Origin: an uncultured Gemmatimonadaceae bacterium
GTDB lineage: Bacteria; Gemmatimonadota; Gemmatimonadetes; Gemmatimonadales; Gemmatimonadaceae
Reading direction: 5' to 3'
Assembly (NCBI GenBank): GCA_963781585.1
Contig: CAWAGQ010000004.1
Location: 160,001-224,000 of the forward strand
Length of the DNA stretch: 64,000 bases
Made by a program: the position numbers and the translations under genes. Of this stretch, positions 59,556 through 64,000 are shown piece by piece. The notes under the pieces are model-generated. The model searched no databases and was not told where the DNA came from. It saw only the letters and a program-made list of their open reading frames with translations. Each line of letters begins with the position of its first letter. Position 1 is the stretch's first letter.

Positions 59556-60490
59556 GCCGCTTCGCGAGAGATGCGGTCCTCGCCGCCGGGCTGCTGGCCG
59601 TCTCCGCGGTAGCGGCGCGCGCCCAGCGCGACCGCTACGCGCCCATCGTGCTCCAGCTTCCAGCGTCGGCGCGCGCCACGGGTCTGGGCGGCGCGACCGT
59701 GGCCCTGCGGGATATCGAAAGCCTGTTCGCGAATCCCGCTCTGGCCGGCACCCTCACGGGGGTCGCGGTGTCGGGCGAACAGTTCCGGGCCAGCCGCCAG
59801 GGGACGATCGCCGCCAGCGTGTCGTTAGGCACCCTCGGGGTGTCGGTCGGCGCCCAGTTCTTCGACTTCGGGGTTTCGCAGGGTGCAGCCGACGGCTTCC
59901 CGACGGCGCGGCAGTGGCCCGCACCCAGTACCGTGATCGACGAGCGCGCGGCCGCGGCAGCCTCGAGTTTCTCCGGCGCCATCGCCCTCGCCGCGGCGTT
60001 CAAGGGCTACCGCTTCGGTCTTGCGGCGAAGTACATCGATGAGCGGCTCGGTGTGCGCCGCGCGGAAAGACCGGCGTTCGACCTCGGCATCGCTCGCGAT
60101 CGGGGGAGGGTGACAGTGGGCTTGAGCGTGCAGAACATCGGCCCCACCGTCGACTTCGCACCTCTGCGCAGTGCGCAGCTGCCGTTGCGCGCTACGCTGG
60201 GCATGGCGGCGTTCGGTCTCACCGAGGGCCCACTCGATCTCGGGCTTTCGGCGGCCGTCACGGTCCGACGTGACGGGTATGTCGCGCCCGCGGTGGGCAT
60301 GGAGTGGTCGTACTGGCCGCTCGAAGGGTACACCTTCGCGGTGCGCGCCGGCGTCCGCAGGCCGGAGCTGCGCGAACAACGGCCGCTGACGGCCGGCGCG
60401 TCATTCACGCTCGATCGGATCTCGGTGGACTACGCGTTCGAGCAGATGCGTCACGGCGCAGGACACCGGATCGGTCTGAGACTGCGCTAG
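59552..60490 (+). CDS. PorV/PorQ-like (FadL-type) outer-membrane barrel
   Basis: Signal peptide, LQLPASARATGLGGA, LFANPA, FDLG, VQNIG, LPLRATLG, DYAF, HRIGLRL. Confidence 0.75.
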   Translation: MSRFARDAVLAAGLLAVSAVAARAQRDRYAPIVLQLPASARATGLGGATVALRDIESLFANPALAGTLTGVAVSGEQFRASRQGTIAASVSLGTLGVSVGAQFFDFGVSQGAADGFPTARQWPAPSTVIDERAAAAASSFSGAIALAAAFKGYRFGLAAKYIDERLGVRRAERPAFDLGIARDRGRVTVGLSVQNIGPTVDFAPLRSAQLPLRATLGMAAFGLTEGPLDLGLSAAVTVRRDGYVAPAVGMEWSYWPLEGYTFAVRAGVRRPELREQRPLTAGASFTLDRISVDYAFEQMRHGAGHRIGLRLR

Positions 60491-60805
60491 CGGCGCGACT
60501 CTCCGGCGCCGGGTTGATTCGACCGGGCCGGCCGGCCCCCACCGAAGATGTGACCTTCTTGCAGTTCGGTTTTTGTCGCCGCGCTGCAACGAATCAGCGA
60601 TCTGTCCGCGCCTCGCGCGACAGCTGCGCACCGGACCAGGGGCGCCCCTCTCCCCGCATCGCATCTGACTGTCGCGCAACGACTTCAGCATCAATTCCGA
60701 CAACAGGTCTGGAGATTGCGTTATTCCCCGCACAACTCGGGCGGTGGAGGGGTCGCCGGTGCGCCGGCGACCGCGGGTACGGGGTCACCTCGGACTCTCA
60801 CACTC

Positions 60806-61381
60806 ATGAAAACAAGGAAACTCTGGCGTTCACTGCGGGCCGTGCTGGCGATCGTCGGCATTGCCGGCTGCGCATCGGATCCGACGTCGCCTGCTCCTGT
60901 TTCCGGGGCTTCCCCGAATCTCGTGGGGGGACTGCTGGGAAGCCTGACGACTGTCAACGCACTCACGCGCATCACGCCGCTCAACAAGGACGTCTCCGTC
61001 TCGGCGGTGATCGGGAAGGCAGGCGGGACCATCCGGATCCCCGAAGCGGGCTTCACTCTTACCGTACCGAAGAACGCGGTGAAGTCGCCGACCACGTTCA
61101 CCGTCACCGCGGTGAAGGGAAAGCTGGTTGCGTACGAATTCGAGCCGCACGGAACGCAGTTCTCGCACAAGCCGGTTGCGGAGCAGGACCTCCGCGTCAC
61201 GAACTGGAACGGACGCCTGCTGCCGCTGCTCAAGGCGGCGTACTTTGCGGACCGGAGCCAGCTCGACCTGAAAAACCTCACGGCTGAGGTCTCGGAGATC
61301 ATCTCCGGGCTCCTCCAGCCGCTCACCGGGAAGTTCCGGTGGGACATTCCGCACTATTCAGGATACATCGTCTGCTGGTAG
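60806..61381 (+). CDS. Lipoprotein with ZU5-like domain ending in HYSGYIVCW
   Basis: Lipobox IAGC; IGKAGGTI.IPEAGFTLTVPKNAV; YEFEPHG.QF..PV; terminal IPHYSGY. Confidence 0.8.
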   Translation: MKTRKLWRSLRAVLAIVGIAGCASDPTSPAPVSGASPNLVGGLLGSLTTVNALTRITPLNKDVSVSAVIGKAGGTIRIPEAGFTLTVPKNAVKSPTTFTVTAVKGKLVAYEFEPHGTQFSHKPVAEQDLRVTNWNGRLLPLLKAAYFADRSQLDLKNLTAEVSEIISGLLQPLTGKFRWDIPHYSGYIVCW

Positions 61382-61485
61382 GTTGCCGGACAGTCTCGAA
61401 CCCCACGCCCCGCTAAGCAGTGGGCCGTGAGGGCGCAGGGTGGGGAAGCGCGATCATGGCGTTTCCCCACCCTTGTTTGCCTGGG

Positions 61486-63168
61486 ATGGAAACGGCTGAG
61501 CGGTCGCGCTCGTCGAGTTGGGAGGCTCGCGCCCCAGGCCAAATGCCCCGCCCATCCCATTCGAGCGTCAGAATCGACGATCCGTTCCCGAGCGCGCGCG
61601 GCGGCGACCCCGCGGCGGCGCTGGTGCGCGCCGCGCAGGCCGAGCGGGACGGCCAGCTCGCCGTCGCCCGCAACCTGTATGAGCAGTGCGTCTGGTCGCA
61701 CGCGCGCACGCTGTCGCCGGCGCAGATCGGCGCGTGCCTGATCGGCATTGCCCGCACCTATCATCTCGACGGTGACTCCGAGGCGGCGCTCGATGTGCTC
61801 GAGGCGGCGTTCGCGCTCGCATCGGCGCAGGGAGACGACGCGTCGCTCGGAGCCGCCCTCAATTGCCAGGCGGTGGTGCGTTGGCACCGCGGACAGCTCG
61901 ACGAGGCCGAGCGGCTCTATCTCGAGGCCCAGGACTGTGGCGCGCGAATCGGCGATCGCCGCCTGGTCGCCATGACGGCACAGAACCGCGGTATCATCGC
62001 GAACGTGCGTGGTGAGCTGTCGGTCGCCTTGAACCACTATCGCGAGGCCCTGGTGGCTTTCCGCGCCCTCGGCCTCACCCGCGAGGTGTGCAACGTCCTC
62101 GGCAATCTCGGGATGCTCCACACGGATCTGGAGCAATGGGACGATGCCGAGCGGGCCTTCGGCGAGGCGCGGGGGCTGGCGGAGTCGGCAGCCGACGCGC
62201 ACACCCGCGTGCTGATCGAAGTCAACATCGCCGAGCTGGCCATCGCGCGCGCCGAGTTCGATCGGGCCCGGGTCATCAGCGAGCAGGCGTTGCGCCTGGC
62301 GCACACGCTCGGCGACGCCAGCGCCGAGGCCGAGTTGCGGAAGCATCTGGGAGTGGTGTGCCGCGAGACGGGTCACTACGAAGACGCCGACCATCATTTC
62401 GCCATCGGCGAGTCGCTCGCCGAGCGCCGCCAGAACCTGCTGCTCCTGGCGGAACTGGCTCGCGAGCGGGCAGATCTGCATTCCCGCCTGGGGCGCTTCC
62501 GCGAGACGGTACGGTGTCTCAATCGCTCCCATCAGTTGTTCTCCGAGCTGCGCGCGCGGCGCGACATCGCCGACATCGATCGCCGTCACCTGCGCATCGA
62601 GAGCACGTTCCTCGACGTTGTGCGACAGTGGGGTGAGTCGATCGAGTCCAAGGATGCGTACACGCAGGGCCACTGTCTTCGTGTGGCCGATCTGTCCTGC
62701 GCGATCGCGCGTCGCGTTGGCGTGGACGACCGCCGGCTGTTCTGGTTTCGCGTGGGCGCGCTGCTCCACGATGTCGGGAAGATTGCCGTGCCGGCCGAGG
62801 TGCTGAACAAGCCCGGGCGTCTCACCAGCGAGGAATGGGCGCTGATGCGCTCACATCCCGAAGCCGGCGTGGAACTGCTGCGAGGCATCGACTTTCCGGA
62901 GGATGTCATCCCGATCGTGTTGTCGCACCACGAGCGCTGGGACGGGACCGGGTATCCCCAGGGGCTCGCCGGCGAGCAGATCCACCTGGCGGCGCGGATT
63001 CTCGGCCTGGCGGACGTCTACGATGCGCTCACCACGAATCGGAGCTACAAGCCGGGGATGACCCATGCCGACGCCATGCAGACCATGCGCGACGGGGCCG
63101 GCTCGCACTTCGACCCGGCGTTGTTCTCCGAATTCGAAGCGGTGATGATGACGCTCTCGCCGCGTTAG
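61486..63168 (+). CDS. TPR-repeat + HD-GYP cyclic-dinucleotide phosphodiesterase
   Basis: MalT/Rap-type TPR helices; KDAYTQGH, LLHDVGK, NKPGRLT, HHERWDGTGYP, ADVYDALT..RSYK, HFDP. Start uncertain (61456, 61486 or 61543). Confidence 0.92.
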   Translation: METAERSRSSSWEARAPGQMPRPSHSSVRIDDPFPSARGGDPAAALVRAAQAERDGQLAVARNLYEQCVWSHARTLSPAQIGACLIGIARTYHLDGDSEAALDVLEAAFALASAQGDDASLGAALNCQAVVRWHRGQLDEAERLYLEAQDCGARIGDRRLVAMTAQNRGIIANVRGELSVALNHYREALVAFRALGLTREVCNVLGNLGMLHTDLEQWDDAERAFGEARGLAESAADAHTRVLIEVNIAELAIARAEFDRARVISEQALRLAHTLGDASAEAELRKHLGVVCRETGHYEDADHHFAIGESLAERRQNLLLLAELARERADLHSRLGRFRETVRCLNRSHQLFSELRARRDIADIDRRHLRIESTFLDVVRQWGESIESKDAYTQGHCLRVADLSCAIARRVGVDDRRLFWFRVGALLHDVGKIAVPAEVLNKPGRLTSEEWALMRSHPEAGVELLRGIDFPEDVIPIVLSHHERWDGTGYPQGLAGEQIHLAARILGLADVYDALTTNRSYKPGMTHADAMQTMRDGAGSHFDPALFSEFEAVMMTLSPR

Positions 63169-63231
63169 GCAGCGGGCAGGCTCCAGCCTCGACCGGAATC
63201 CCGGGCCCCCACCGGGAATGCCGGCGCCCGC

Positions 63232-64000
63232 TCAGTGCCTGGGGATGGACGGTCTCCAGTTGAATGGCGGACCCTCATTGATTCCGATCAGCGAGACGTC
63301 GATCACAGACTCGAATGTTCCCGCGTCGATGAACTGCTGCATCTGCGCCATGGACTTCTGCATCTGGCCTTCGACCATCTGCTTCTGGCTCGCGTTCAGT
63401 TTCGCCAGCTCCGGCTGCATCGCGTCCCACTGCGCCTTGACCTTTACCATCGACTGTCGGGCCTTGGCCATCTCCTGCCGCCGCTTGGGGTCGGCCGCCA
63501 TCGCCTCGAGCATTCCCGACATCCGCATCACCAGGTGCTGGGGCTGATACATCGTCGCGACGTGGTGATAGTCCTTCTGCTGCAGTTCCAGCTCCACCGG
63601 AGTCGTCTTGCCGTTCATCTGCAGGTCACCGGCCACTTTCATTGCCAGCGGCACGTATTCCTCGGCGTCGATCCAGAGATCGAGCTCACGCAGGGTCATC
63701 TTCGCCGCGGATCCCGAATCGGCCAGCACGATGTCCGAGACCTTGTCTGCGATCAGTCGAAACGCGTCCCTGCCATCGATTGTTTCGCGCCCGGCCAGGC
63801 GGGCGCGACTCGTGAAGGCCGCCATTCCGGAGTCGGCCGCGGCCACGTCCGCTCTGCCGTCGTTCTCGTGATAATCCTGGGCCATCCGGAGCATTGCCGA
63901 CATGTCGCTCATCATCGAGTGCATGAAGATGTTGTGAGCTGGACCGATCTCCTTCGCGAATCCCTGATCGAGCAGGTCCAGCGCGTCGGCCATGCCGCCT
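63232..64000 (-). CDS. Hypothetical protein, probably truncated by the window edge; possible LolA-like beta-sheet fold
   Basis: Frame is open to the edge; LAGRETIDGRDAF...LWIDAEEYVP...DY pattern; Met/Gln-rich helical insert. Confidence 0.6.
   Translation of the reverse strand, partial: GGMADALDLLDQGFAKEIGPAHNIFMHSMMSDMSAMLRMAQDYHENDGRADVAAADSGMAAFTSRARLAGRETIDGRDAFRLIADKVSDIVLADSGSAAKMTLRELDLWIDAEEYVPLAMKVAGDLQMNGKTTPVELELQQKDYHHVATMYQPQHLVMRMSGMLEAMAADPKRRQEMAKARQSMVKVKAQWDAMQPELAKLNASQKQMVEGQMQKSMAQMQQFIDAGTFESVIDVSLIGINEGPPFNWRPSIPRH

Noticed and set aside
6848..63170. Treating the many GTTAGGC sites as an integron attC array
   Set aside because: Nearly all lie inside housekeeping coding sequences, lack paired attC stems, and no intI is present. 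Reported instead as an over-represented motif.

Overview
High-GC (roughly 70% by eye) bacterial chromosomal segment, most likely Gemmatimonadota (inferred from gene content and order, not from a search). Most of it is housekeeping: lolA, aroF, smc, rsfS, rpsF-rpsR-DUF2232-rplI, ispE-tRNA-Gln-prs-rplY-pth, pdxJ, mce, trxA-rsmI, a JAB-DinG helicase, gltX, two tRNA-Ser genes, valS-Ig-selA-gmhB-purN-purH and thrS. Envelope and secretion genes are interspersed: a peptidase/propeller-Omp85, a SPOR lipoprotein, a PEP-CTERM protein, DUF2723, a PorV-like barrel and a stand-alone FlgD/T9SS-CTD-like protein. I saw no integrase, transposase, prophage, rRNA or CRISPR array. Highlights: (1) a lipoprotein ending in a ZU5/GPS-like HY/S motif, directly upstream of a cytoplasmic TPR-HD-GYP phosphodiesterase, is a candidate peptide-signalling (RRNPP-like) c-di-GMP system; (2) the octamer CGTTAGGC/GCCTAACG is strongly over-represented and is written into genes with rare codons; (3) the LexA-like repressor lacks its catalytic Ser/Lys; (4) a tandem-Hpt protein lacks its phospho-acceptor His; (5) a low-GC, cassette-like methyltransferase islet lies at tRNA-Ser; (6) there is a probable ATT start codon and an unlisted 50-aa membrane protein. 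All product calls come from motifs recognised by eye; no database searches were run.
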